From positions 90,584,001-90,648,000 of the forward strand of contig NC_086108.1 in assembly GCF_963921235.1 (NCBI RefSeq): DNA of 64,000 nucleotides. The letters run 5' to 3'. This DNA comes from Mobula hypostoma (Eukaryota). Below, piece by piece: positions 1 through 11,102 of the stretch. The notes beneath the pieces are model-generated. The model saw only the letters and a program-made list of their open reading frames with translations, made no database searches and was not told the DNA's origin. Within the stretch, counting starts at the first letter, position 1, and every line of letters begins with the position of its first letter. A program made the position numbers and the translations under genes.

Positions 1-100
1 AGATCCTGTTTTATAATTTCAGAGATTGGGAGTTTATGCAAATTAGCAGCATACTCCAGGGACAGGCAACTGCAGATTATGGTAACACTGATGTATAGAG

Positions 101-543
101 TTGGGTAGTGGGTAGTGGCTCCATATGTCACTACTACAGGGCGTGACGACCCTGCCTTACACGAGTCCCGGGCTCAGCTGGCTCCGGCTGACAGTACCCG
201 GTATGGGCCCCTATCCAGGGTTACGGATCCCACTGCCTTGTGGGTATCTTTGGGAGAAGAGAAGGCTGAGCAGTAAACCCTACACAAATCCGGAGTGGAG
301 CCCCTAAGGCGGTTGGATGACGTATCACATCACCTCCTGGCAGCTCCTGCAGCCAAGCTGATGCCAAATGTACTGCTTCGCATTCCTTTGGACCACATCC
401 GTGAGGCCGAGAGGGGGATCTTGATGTCTGGGCAGCCCAGGAACTCCATATTCATCGTCTAGGTCTGCGCCCCAGAAAGGACCGGGCACATCCATTGTCT
501 AATTAGACAGATGGAGCCATTATTATTATTATTATTATTATTA
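101..543 (+). mobile_element. Non-autonomous RTE-type LINE derivative ending in a (TAT)n tail
   Basis: GC/CpG-rich island. Shares motifs (GTAAACCC...AAATCCGGAGTGGAG...CCTAAGGC; CTGGCAGCTCCTGC...TGCCAAA) with the element at 16991-17545, which carries the RTE 5' motif. (TAT)n tail at about 519-543. Confidence 0.5.
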
Positions 544-904
544 ATATGTAGAGGAAATACAGTCTTGTAGATCTGCTGCTAATAATCTCTTTCTAAATGC
601 AGCCTGATTTTAAATTGCGAGGCTCTGCATGGCACAGATTGCTGTCGCATTGTGCGTGTAGCATGCATAGCTCACCCAACATGGCTGAAAAATGCTTTCA
701 GCAGATGACATGCTTAATCCGATTATGCCAAGAGCATGGAAAATTAACAATGTAGAAACAAAATCAATTATTTACCACTTCCAGGTAAGTAAATTCATTA
801 AAGTAAGCTCTTGAGCTCAAGTTCTTTGTAAAAATAAAATGTAAATTACCTAATACTTACCAATAACTTACTCACTGATAAGCAACTTACTCAATTACAC
901 AAGC

Positions 905-1021
905 AACTTCAGTTGCCGAAATCTGGAGCAACAGAAAATCTGCTGGAGGATCTCAGCAAGTCAAGCAGCATCTGTTACAGGGGAAGAAGTTGTTGATGAT
1001 TCGGGAAGAAATGCTGCATCA
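905..1021 (-). mobile_element. Decayed Penelope terminal repeat remnant
   Basis: TGCTGGAGGATCTCAGCAAGTCAAGCAGCATCT matches the reverse complement of the Penelope tail seen elsewhere in the window. Confidence 0.5.
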
Positions 1022-1124
1022 TTGGGCTCATTTTACTTCATTGAAGATATATATATTCCTCAATGCTAGAAAGTTCTTAAAATCCATCTTGTAACTTTAC
1101 TTGTACACCAAAGTAGAAATCAAT

Positions 1125-1301
1125 CCTATTCTTCTATCCTTCCCGTTATCCTCTTTCCCCTCCTCTCACCTTTTTATTCTGGCATCTTCCATCTTTCTTT
1201 CCAGTCCTGAAGAAGGGTCTCGGCCTGAAACATCAGCTGCTTATTCATTTCCATAGATGCCGCCCGACCTGCAGAGTTCCTCCAGCATTTTGTGTGTGTT
1301 G
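1125..1301 (+). mobile_element. Penelope 3' terminal repeat fragment with hammerhead motif
   Basis: Pyrimidine tract, then CAGTCCTGAAGAAGGGTCTCGGCCTGAAAC, then the CATAGATGC...TCCTCCAGCATTTTGTGTG tail. Confidence 0.75.
1202..1239 (+). ncRNA. Minimal type-I hammerhead ribozyme motif (helix I decayed)
   Basis: CAGUC CUGAAGA A GGG UCUCGG CCU GAAA CA UC AGCUG. Confidence 0.55.
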
Positions 1302-3343
1302 ATTCAGAAATCCATTGCTTATGTGATGGAAATTATTCAGAAAGAGTTGCATTAGGAAATCTCCTCGCTTTTGAAACATTTAATTGCATCCTGATGAATG
1401 TTTTTTTTACCTCTTTCACATGTGTGCATTTCATGAAATACTAAATAATTGTACACCTTTATTATTCTATAATTGCACATTAGAATCTGCACAACACTTT
1501 AGTCAGGGGATAACTTATTACCACATTAAAAAAATAGGTCAGTGGTAACGTCACTTGATGATCATCAACCACAAGGGCTTAAAACCTACCCGTCATGCAT
1601 TCCTTAACAGCAGCTGATATTTTACTAGGACTACCTAGGTGCAGCACTAGTGTAATTACCTAGCTGTCAGTGTGATAAGTGGGATTAATGGCGGGCTGAT
1701 GCACTTTAGTCTGCAGAGTGGTTAGAGAATTGCAAGATGGGATTATTATTATAGGTACTTGTCTGTACCAAGGTAATCACAGCAGTGGAAAAATGGCTGC
1801 AATTTACTATAGCATTGCCCTGCCTCATTAACATTTGACATTTTCAACAGCTGTTTATTTGTGAACCTGTTCAATAATAAAGGTAAAACAAATTGGTAAA
1901 GACTTTTACTGAAGTGCTGCTATTGTCTGTATCTTATTACAATGCTACAAAACACAAGTTTAACCAAGACCGGTTACATATTTTGAGTATTGAAACATTC
2001 AATGAATATTTTAGTACATAAAAGAGGCTGTTTTCTTGACTCCATGATAACATAGTGCCATATACTGGTGCAGATTGAGATCATGCCCTTGAATCTAAGC
2101 TATTATCAGCTATATCATCATGGGAAAGATCCGCAAGGTATTTCTTAATATACTGCCCAGGATATAAGCGTTGAAGCACAGGTCCGTGATGTTGTGATTC
2201 CTGTGCTTTCGATCTGTTTAATGGTGCTGCTGCTGTTTTCTTTTACAAATCTCTTCTCATGTCTTCATTTGTGGGAGAGTCTGAAATTCAGCACTCTGTC
2301 ACTCAGAAATCCTGGTGGAAATCTGTGAGAAACGGAAAGACGTGGGCCTGCTACCTCTGAGAACTATAATTGATCAGAGTGGAATTTAAGTGCAAGCTAC
2401 GTGAACGTATTAAGTACAAAGGCAGGAAGATTACAGCGATAGAGCTGGATGAAGAGAAATTGGAGAGCCACATGGTAGAGGATCAATTCGTTCAAATAGC
2501 TGAGTTCTGATAGTTAAGTCTGAGGAAATTTGTATATTGGCCTTTTGAATCCATGAGAATGAGTTTTCAATGCAGCCTTTTGAGGACATTGGATTTACTG
2601 AAGTTACAGAATTTACACATGTTGGGAGGAGTGATAGGCACTTAATAAAAGGGTTGGACAGCTATTTTTCTTCTTTTGGTGGCTGGTTTTAAACTTCTGA
2701 GAAACTATTTGGAATGTACTTATTATGGGAATAGATTATGAAAACAGATAAGACAGAAAATTTCAGTGCTGAATTTTCTGGCCTTTAGTAGCCCAAGCCC
2801 ATTTTGCATGTAGCTTCAATTTTAAAGTAAATTTATCATTAAAGGACGTATGCAATATATACTGAGGTGAGTGAAGCTGGTCAAGCAAGAGCTCGATGGC
2901 TGCAGGCAACAGGTGCGGAGTCCCTTCAGTGCTGAGGCAAGTGATACTGGTCCAGGAGTCCGATGGCTACTCCCGAACCTGGCAATGTAGCAGCTAGGGG
3001 TGAAGTTGACAGAGAACTCGGGGATTCCAAGCCCACATTCATTTACATTTCTTTCAAATCCCCAATTTTGAAGGTGAGTGTTCCTTGTTCTATTCCATTC
3101 CTGTGATATCACAGAAAGAGTTAAGATTATTGGAAGGGTGTTATCATCTGTCCTGCTAATTACACTTCTCTCACTCTTATTTAAATATGAAGATAAGAAA
3201 TTGGATTCAAAATATCAGAAAAGGGCCTGGTTTTCTCCTTTTAAGATCTGATTATTTCATCATAATTGAAATTAATTTTTTAAAGATTTCAGCAGACATT
3301 TTTGCCCAGTTTTTGCACAACAGGCTTTCCTCACATCTTAGTT

Positions 3344-3515
3344 ACTTATGCTGTTTTGTAACTCCAAAACATAAGTCTAGTTGAAATAAAACAGGGGAGT
3401 CCCAAATAATGTAAATAACTAGTTTTTTTACTATAAGCGATGTGTGCAAGTATCATTTGGTAGTGTTATGAGATATGCAATTCACTTATTTTTACATATA
3501 ACCCATCATGAATTC
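3344..3515 (-). mobile_element. Gypsy LTR fragment, split by the Tc1 insertion (appears to resume at about 5027-5055)
   Basis: Diverged copy of the LTR at about 7972-8219 (TTATG...TAACTCCAAA...ATGCAATTCAC...TTTTTACAT). Confidence 0.55.
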
Positions 3516-3518
3516 TGT

Positions 3519-5025
3519 GAAGTACCTACAAAAAGTATTCACCCTCTTGGAAGTTGTCATGTTTTATTGTTTTGTAACATTGAATCACATGGCTCTTTTG
3601 ACGCTGATTACCAGAAAACGCTGATTACGCGTCAAAGCAAAAACAAATTGGTCTATAGTTATTACAATTATTAAACACAAAATAATTGATTTTATAACTA
3701 CTCACCCCCTGCAAGTCAGTATTTAGTAGATGAACCTTTGGCAGCAACTACAACCTTGAGTCTGTGTGGATAGGTCTCTATCAGCTTTGCACATTTGAAC
3801 ACTACAACTTTCCCCATTCTTCTTTACAAAACTGCTCAAGTTCTGTCAGATTGCATGGGGATCGTAAGTGAAGAGCCCTTTTCAAATCCATCCACAAATT
3901 ATCAATTGGATTGAGACCAGGACATTAACTTTGTTGTTTTTTAAGCCATTCCTGTGCAGTTTTGGCTTTATGCTTGGGGTCAATGTCTTTCTGGAAAACA
4001 AATCTTCTCCCAAGTTGCATTTCTCTAGCAGACAGCACCTGGTTTTCCTCCAGGATTTTCCTGTATTTTGCTGCATTCATTTTACCCTCTACCTTCACAA
4101 ACCCTCCAGGGCCTGCTGCAGTGAAGCATCCCCACAGCATGATGCAGCCACCACCATGCTTTGCGATAGGGACGGAGCATCTCAATTTTGGTTTCATCAG
4201 ACCATAGAACTTCTTCCAGCTGACCGCAGAGTCTCCCAAACACGAGCTGAGATTTCATGTGAGTTCTTTTCAACAGTGGCTTTCTCTTTGCCACTTAGCA
4301 AAGCACCCAGGCAACAGTTGTTTGTGCAATCTCTCCCATCTCAGCCACTGAAGCTTTTAACTCCTCCAGAGTAGTCATAGGTCTCTTGGTGTCCTCCCTC
4401 ACTCATCCTCTTCTTGCACGGTCACTCAGTTTTTGAGGACAGCCTGCTCCAGGCAGATTTACGGCTGTGCCATATTCTTTCCATTTTTTGATGATTGACA
4501 TAACTGTACACAAAGGATATTCAGTGACTTGGAAATTTTCTTGTATCCATCTCCTGATTTGTGCTTTTCAATATCCTTTTCACAGAGTTGCTTGGAGTGT
4601 TCTTTTGTTTTCATGGTGTAGTTTTTTTCCAGGATACTGACTAACCAGCAGTTGCACCTTCCAGATACAGGTGTATTTTTACTACAGTCAATTGAAACAC
4701 CTTGTCTGCACACAGGTCTCCAAAAACAGATCTCCATTTAACTAATTATGTGACTTCTGAAACCAGTTGGCTGCACCAGCAATGATTCGGTGTGTCATAT
4801 TAAAGGGGGTGAATACTTATGCAATCAATTATTTTGTGTTTTATATTTGTAATTAATTTAGATCACTTTGTAGAGATCTGTTTTCACTTTGACACAAAGG
4901 AGTCTTTTTCTGTTGATCAGTGTCAAAAAAGCCAAATTACATCCACTGTGATTCAATGTTGTAAATCAATAAAACATGAAATCTTCCGCGGGGGTGGGGG
5001 GGATGAATTCTTTTTATAGGCACAG
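3519..5025 (-). mobile_element. Tc1-family DNA transposon, decayed transposase
   Basis: Terminal inverted repeats (AAAAAGTATTCACCC...CATGTTTTATTG / CAATAAAACATG...TTTTTATAGGCACAG). Frameshifted peptides MKTKEHSKQL...GDGYKKISKSLNI, VLWSDETKIE and KHGGGCIMLWGCF...FVFQKDIDPKHKAK. Confidence 0.9.
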
Positions 5026-5057
5026 TATATACAATATTCTGTATAATACAGCTGCTA

Positions 5058-5477
5058 CAGTTGAAGTCAGAAGTTTACTTACGCGTCAGCCAAATACATT
5101 TAAACTCAGTTTTTCACAATTCCTGACATTTAATCCTAGAAAACATCCCCTGTCTTAGGTCAGTTAAAATCACTACTTTATTTTTTGAATGTGAAATGTC
5201 AGAATAATAGAAGAGAGAATGATTTATTTCAGCTTTTATTTCTTTCATCACTTTCCCAGTGGGTCAGAAGTTTACATACAGTTTGTTAGTATTTGGTAAC
5301 ATTGCCTTTAAATTGTTTAACTTGGGTCAAACGTTTTGGGTAGCCTTCCATAAGCTTCTCACAATAACTTGCTGGAATTTTGTTCCATTCCTCCAGACAG
5401 AACTGGTGTAACTGAGTCAGGTTTGTGGGCTTCCTTGCTCGCACACGCTTTTTCAGTTCTGCCCACAAATTTTCTAT
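5058..5477 (-). mobile_element. Sleeping Beauty-like Tc1 3' fragment (right IR/DR and transposase C-terminus)
   Basis: TA|CAGTTGAAGTCAGAAGTTTAC outer DR and CAGTGGGTCAGAAGTTTACATACA inner DR (5257-5280). Peptide WAELKKRVRARKPTNLTQLHQ...YPKRLTQVKQFKGNVTKY*. Confidence 0.92.
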
Positions 5478-5480
5478 CGA

Positions 5481-5600
5481 ACTTGGCCCAAATCATCGAT
5501 TCTTTACTCTTTTCCATAGATGCTGCCTGGCCTGCTGAGCTCCTCCAGTATTTTGTGTGTGTTGCTTGGATTTCCAGCATCTGTAGTTTTTGTCTTGTCT
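5481..5600 (+). mobile_element. Penelope terminal repeat tail (hammerhead core lost)
   Basis: TTCCATAGATGCTGCCTGGCCTGCTGAGCTCCTCCAGTATTTTGTGTGTGTTGCTTGGATTTCCAGCATCTG. Confidence 0.75.
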
Positions 5601-5989
5601 GTTACAGTACATATGCAGTTTTTTGTCTCCCACTTTAAGTTCATGCAATGTACTCAATGAACTCAGAGGAAATTCTGCTTCTTTATACTCACAAAGACTG
5701 AATGCTTCCATCTTTCCTGAAGCTCCTTGAACTCTCTTCCAGGTTATAACCAAGCTAAATTTTGCAAGTACTGCCTGATTAACATATCAGAAGCTTTCTC
5801 AGATATTTGCCTGCAAAAACTTTTGCAGTTGGACCACTGCTTTCGTCTTTTTTTTTTACAATTCCTCTGAGCAGCATGGTCTTTCCAATATGCTTTCCAA
5901 CCAGAGGCACAGAGGTTGGCACCAGCACCTGTTTACCCCTTGTTGAGCAGTAGTTCATCGTATACAGCTCGGAGACAATTGTGGCATTA

Positions 5990-8219
5990 TACATTACATT
6001 TCTTAATTTGCTTTCAGTTGATTCTGTTGCAGGAGATGTGACGAATAAAAAATGGTGGAAGGATCTCCTATCGAGTTGTAGTTGTCCCTGTCACTCACAT
6101 CCCCACAGTACTGACCCTCCTGTTTTTACCACATATAGTCCGAATGTGGCTTGTTAGTTGTATTTCACTGTTACAGCTTTCATTCCCACAGGAGTTATCT
6201 TTTCTTAGCTGAATATCAGCAGGCTTTAGTTCAGTATCTTTGAAATGCCGTGCAAGCTCATTTTGTAGAATGGCTGAAAAGGCTGAGTAAGTGTCCAGTT
6301 CTATTTTAATTAGTTTGCCATTCACTTCAGGTGTAAGCCATATTGCTTGACCATTATTAGTTTACACAGTGTAAATCTTGAGGCCACACAGTCCTGTGAC
6401 ACTCTCATCATCATCAGTTTTTTTTTTATCAAGAGCATGCAGATTAGTGCTCTTTTAGAAACTGTAACTTGGCTTTTTACCTTTTTCTCTTCCCTGTACA
6501 GTCCATTTATTTTTGCCTACCCAACATGCTCTTGGTATACCCTGTACATATATATAGCTTGGCTGCCTAAGACCTTTGCACAGTACTGTGGTAATTTTAT
6601 GTACTGTACTGTACTGCTGCTGCAAACAAAACTCATTTCATGACATGTGTGAGTGATGATAAACCAGCTTCTAATCTAGGCCTCTGTTGTGGACTGAGTG
6701 TGGGAAGGGGGTAGGGAGAGGGAAAATCATGGTAGGATAAAGGGAAAGGAAGACAGCAGAAACTGGGAAGCACCAAGAGAATCATTCTCTAAAGATCAAT
6801 AAACGAATTGTTTGGAATCAAGTGACCTTGCCTCTGTCTCAGGGCTGGGTGTGTCTGCAACCTCGCCACCCACCACCCCTGGGACTCCTCTGCTATCTGT
6901 CCACACCCCTGCCACACTGCTCCACCCTCACCATTCCCAACATCCTTTGCTCCCACCAGATGTACAAACTTGCTCTCTGCTGCACATTGACAAATACTGT
7001 GAAAAAGTCATAGGCACCTTAGTTATATATACTGTATGTGCCTAAGACTGTTGCACAGTACTGTGTATCCTACTTTGTTATATTTTCTGCAAGTTTCACC
7101 TTTAAGCCTGCATTGGTCTGGTGAATGTGAGCTGCTGCAACAATGGTAACACTATTTTTTCGCCCAGGCTGGTTTCTGTTTAGATGTTATAGTTTTTTTC
7201 ACACTCACTTTTATTCCTAACTGCAATTCACTTGTGTATCTGTCTGCTGTTTCCACTGATACAGCTATTTCAACTGCTCTTTTCAATGTAAGTTGTGCTT
7301 CAGTTAGAGTCACCTTTCTTGTAAGACTCCACAAACTAAATGATCTCTCAGTACATCATTAAGCCCATTACTGAACTGCCAATGCTCAGACAACTTCTTC
7401 AATTCAGCCACGTATGCTGAAATGGACTCCCCTTCCTTTTGATTCCACTTACAAAACCTAAAGCATCTTGCAATTAACAATAGTTTTGGTTCCAAATGTT
7501 CCTGCATTATTTTCACAGTACTGTATCAGCTAAGCACATTTCAGCTGGTTTGGTAGGAGGAGCAATGCAAACTACCCATGCAAACTACCCATGCAAACTA
7601 CCAATGCACTCAGCAAAAGTGATACTTGTTTCTCATTGGCTATTTCATTTGCTTCAAGATGCTGCTTAATTTTCTCAGTTTACAATACTGCGTTGTTTGT
7701 AATCAACACATCAAACTTTCTGATGTAGCCAGCCATTTCTGCTTTTTTAAAAAAGTATTATTATTATCACATGGCACTCACTGTTTATTAACCTGTGAAT
7801 TTGTCCATTTTCTGTTTTTAAGAAAAAACTCAGTTGTCTCTTTCGTAAAGAAAATGTGCTGTTTTTTTTTTACTTGGCTGTTTCTTGCTGTACTTTTTTT
7901 TACTGGAATGTCTCGCTATGCTTCAGCGGGTAGGTAGTTGTCCCAGATATGTTTAAAACTTTCTCATCACCACTGTTATGTTTTTTAACTCCAAACATAA
8001 AATTAATTGAAACAAAAACAAAGAAATCTGGAATAACATATCTAACTTTGTTTTTTACTTTAAGTGATGTGTGTATTTAACATGTGGTAGCATAATGATG
8101 TATGCAATTCACGTATTTTTACATGTAACCTAAAATGAATTGTTTAAATTAACAATAATGCTTAATCAAACAATATATTTACAATTTTACACAAATACTA
8201 CTGAAATATTAAATACACA
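5990..8219 (-). mobile_element. Decayed Gypsy (Mag-like) LTR retrotransposon: 5' LTR, PBS, gag, protease
   Basis: LTR at about 7972-8219 followed on the minus strand by a TGGTGATGAG PBS-like site. Gag peptides QEHLEPKLLLIARCFRF...ESISAYVAELKKLSEH and LTEAQLTLKRAVEIAVS. Protease-like VNGKLIKIELDTYSA. Confidence 0.85.
6540..7062 (+). mobile_element. Composite repeat bounded by mini Tc1-like MITE modules, inserted in Gypsy gag
   Basis: TGCCTAAGAC(C/T)(T/G)TTGCACAGTACTG near both ends. The internal part is homologous to 8415-8560 in reverse orientation. Confidence 0.6.
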
Positions 8220-8293
8220 ACTGGTCTTGCCAAAGTGAGGGCATTTTTTTTCCTCCCTCAAGCATAAGTAATGGTGGCTTCATCAAAATAGTA

Positions 8294-8328
8294 CAGTACT
8301 GTGCAAAAGTCTTAGGCACATGTGTATA

Positions 8329-8381
<53 letters not shown>

Positions 8382-8412
8382 CTAGGGTGGCCAAGACTCT
8401 TGCACGGTACTG
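8294..8412. mobile_element. Tiny Tc1-type MITE enclosing a (TA)n microsatellite
   Basis: TA|CAGTACTGTGCAAAAGTCTTAGGCAC ... GTGGCCAAGACTCTTGCACGGTACTG|TA. Confidence 0.8.
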
Positions 8413-8559
8413 TATTTCTCAATGTGGAGTGGAGAGCGAGTTTGCAAATCTGGTGCAAGCAAAAGTTGTTCAGAATGGTGAGGGTGGTGTGCCACGGGAG
8501 GTGTGTGATACACGCGGCCGAGAAGGAGTGCTGGTAGGGGAGATGGCACAGGTACAAAT

Positions 8560-8857
8560 TCAGTAGGTACAAGGAAGCACAATAGAGTCAATGAAAATTG
8601 CAGACAATGACAAACAAGCAACCAATGTGCAAATACAGAGGAACCATGCAAATACAACACCAAAACAAATAATAATAAATAAATAATATTGAGAACATGA
8701 GTTGCAGAGTCCTTGAAAGTGTCCATAGGTTGTGGAATCAGTTCAGCATTGAAATGAGTGAAGTTACCCATGCTGGGTCATGAGCCTTAATGTTGAAGGT
8801 TAATAACTGTTCCTGAACCTGGTGGTGTGGAACTTAACGTTCCTGTTCCTCCTTCGA
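8560..8857 (-). mobile_element. Rex1/Babar-type LINE 3' fragment
   Basis: Minus strand reads ...ACCACCAGGTTCAGGAACAGTTATT (TTRFRNSY), followed by the family 3' UTR. Confidence 0.65.
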
Positions 8858-9515
8858 TATAGCAGTTTGTCCTTCTGAAGATCTCAATTAAAATTCTTTC
8901 TTCTCAGTTAAAAAAATTAAATTATTTATTTATTACAACAGTGTCACGTATATTCTATAAAAAGCAACATCTGACTATTCAGATTAAATATGTATAAGTA
9001 CTGAACCCTGCTAATAATGCCTGGGTCGATGACTAGCTGAATGAAGCTGTAATGTGTACAACATGTATATTTAATAATGGAGTACTTTGATTTTGACAAA
9101 GTGCTGGGAATTGCAATGTTTTTCACTTCTCTTCTGCACAATTGAAAAAGCACTTTGCCATCCAGCACTTCAGACCAAGCATTTTGTTGACGAGAGTACC
9201 AGGCCAATCACAAAGGTAAGTCGGAGCACGAGACATTGAATCTTACACAACTTTGTTGCTTGCTGGTGAAAACTACAAATTCATAGTTAAAATGAGTGAA
9301 ACTGAACTTCAGTCAAAATGAGTAAGATTGGATTACAGTGGGAATTTGCAATACTGAAACATCTCAAAGAGCATTGTTACAACAATCAATGAGGCTTAAA
9401 CAGGCATTGAAAAATATCAGAACCCAATTGGATGCCCTTATGTGAGGAAATAAACCTTCTTTCTCTTCTGTATTCACATTCCTTCCAGTTGGCAAACATT
9501 TCACCAGCACTGCTC

Positions 9516-9747
9516 ATTTATTTATTTACTTATTGAGATACAGCATAGGGTAGGCCAGACTGGCACTTCGAGCCATGCTGGCTAGCAATCCCCGATTTAA
9601 GCCTAGCCTAATCACAGGACAATTTACAATGAAACCCACACAATCATGGGGAGAACATACAAGCTCCTTACAGACAGTGACAGGAATTGAACCTGGGTCA
9701 TTGGTACTGTAAAGTGCTGTGCTAACCACTGCACTACCATGCTGCCC
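9516..9747 (-). mobile_element. tRNA-derived V-SINE (HE1-like)
   Basis: Head GGGCAGCATGGTAGTGCAGTGGTTAGC with B box GGTTCAATTCC, partial V domain, (TAAA)n tail. Confidence 0.75.
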
Positions 9748-9808
9748 ATATCCATAAGAGATTAAACTACCAGAAATAGGAATAGTCACTTTGCTCTTGT
9801 TGGGTCTA

Positions 9809-10352
9809 CACTTAGTGGCTACTTTATTAGCTAAACCTGTATACCTGCTTGTTAATGCAAATATTTAATTACCCATTCATATAGCAGCAACTCAATGCAT
9901 AAAAGTGTGCAGACATGTTCAAGAAATTCACTTGTTGGTCAGATCAACATTAGAATAGGAAAAAATATGATCTAAGTGATTTTGACCATGGAATGATTGC
10001 TGGTGCCAGATGGGGTGGTTTGATTATCTCAGAAGCTGCTGACCTCCTGGGATTTTCATGCATAACAGTCACTAGAGTTTACCGAAAATTGTGCCAAAAA
10101 AACAGAAAATATTCAATGAGCGGCAGATCTGTGGGCAAGGACACCTTGTTAATGAGAGAACTGAAGGAAGGATGACCAGACTAGTTCAAGCTGACAGGAG
10201 GTCGACTGTAACACGAATAACCATCCATTGCAACAGTGGTATGCAGAAGAGCATCTCTGAATGTACAAACCGTCAATCCTTCAAACAGGGCTATGGTAGC
10301 AGAGAACTATATTGAATTCCTGTTCTGTACCTAATAAATTGGCCACTGAGTG
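9809..10352 (+). mobile_element. Internally deleted Tc1/mariner element
   Basis: TIRs CACTTAGTGGCTACTTTATTAG / CTAATAAATTGGCCACTGAGTG. HTH peptide DLSDFDHGMIAGARWGGLIISEAADLLGFS. Confidence 0.8.
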
Positions 10353-10395
10353 GATGCCATTTATAGCTGAGTCCTACCTCAAGCTTCTATCTTCA

Positions 10396-11098
10396 CATAA
10401 GGGGGTTTCATCTTTTATGTTACTGTGTAGGCTAATTAAAATGGCTTCTTTGTTATGTTATACTTAAGAATGCTTCTTTGTTATGTTAAACGCTGAGGAA
10501 GTTCTTGTGCTGGCAGTTTGTTTTGGATTATCTACTGGTAAGAGGGCAAATGAACCAATTGGGTTAGGTGTTATGCCTGTGGGGTGTCTGTAAGAGATTG
10601 TATGCGTGGGGTTTTGGGGGCCAGAAGGCGGGAGAGAGAGACAGGATGGACCAGGTGCTGTGATGTCCGCTAACGGGGTCGGACCCCAAGCAGGGCGTTC
10701 GGTGGGGAGAGGAGACGGACTCGTGTGGAGCGTCTGGTTGACCACCGTTGTTGGTCCCAGGCGGCCGGTCGAGGTGGTCCGAGGGGTCACAGGGTGAAGA
10801 AGAAGGGTCCTGAGCTCCAACTGTTTGTGCACGAAGAGATTGAACTTTGATAAGTGTAGCGCCTTTTATTTTCCTTTTATATTTTATTCTCTATTTATTA
10901 TATAGTTCCAGTAATATCTATAAATTGTAAATCATTTAATCGTATCTGGTGTATTGTCTGTTATTTGGGCGAGGTGGGGTACATCACATAGCATCCACTT
11001 AAACTAATTACCCAGTTTGGCGGGGCCGAGGGCTGTTTCCCTAGATGACAGCGAGCCGAGCGACCCTGAGGCTGGCCGGCGGGGGGGGGGGGGCTACG
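10396..11098 (+). mobile_element. Putative solo LTR
   Basis: About 700-bp CpG-rich non-coding insert flanked by a TTCA direct repeat (10392-10395 and 11099-11102), interrupting a CR1 3' tail. Confidence 0.6.
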
Positions 11099-11102
11099 TT
11101 CA

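Noticed and set aside
3868..4374. 168-aa plus-strand ORF
   Set aside because: Antisense shadow of the decayed Tc1 transposase.
7564..7607. Three tandem ATGCAAACTACCC units as an octamer-factor enhancer
   Set aside because: A local 13-bp slippage duplication inside decayed Gypsy gag, and not a full ATGCAAAT octamer.
8209..8572. ORFs with YIYIYI runs
   Set aside because: Translation of a (TA)n microsatellite.
9680..9747. tRNA gene (also at the other SINE heads)
   Set aside because: A and B boxes run into a V domain and LINE-like tail; no complete cloverleaf or terminator.
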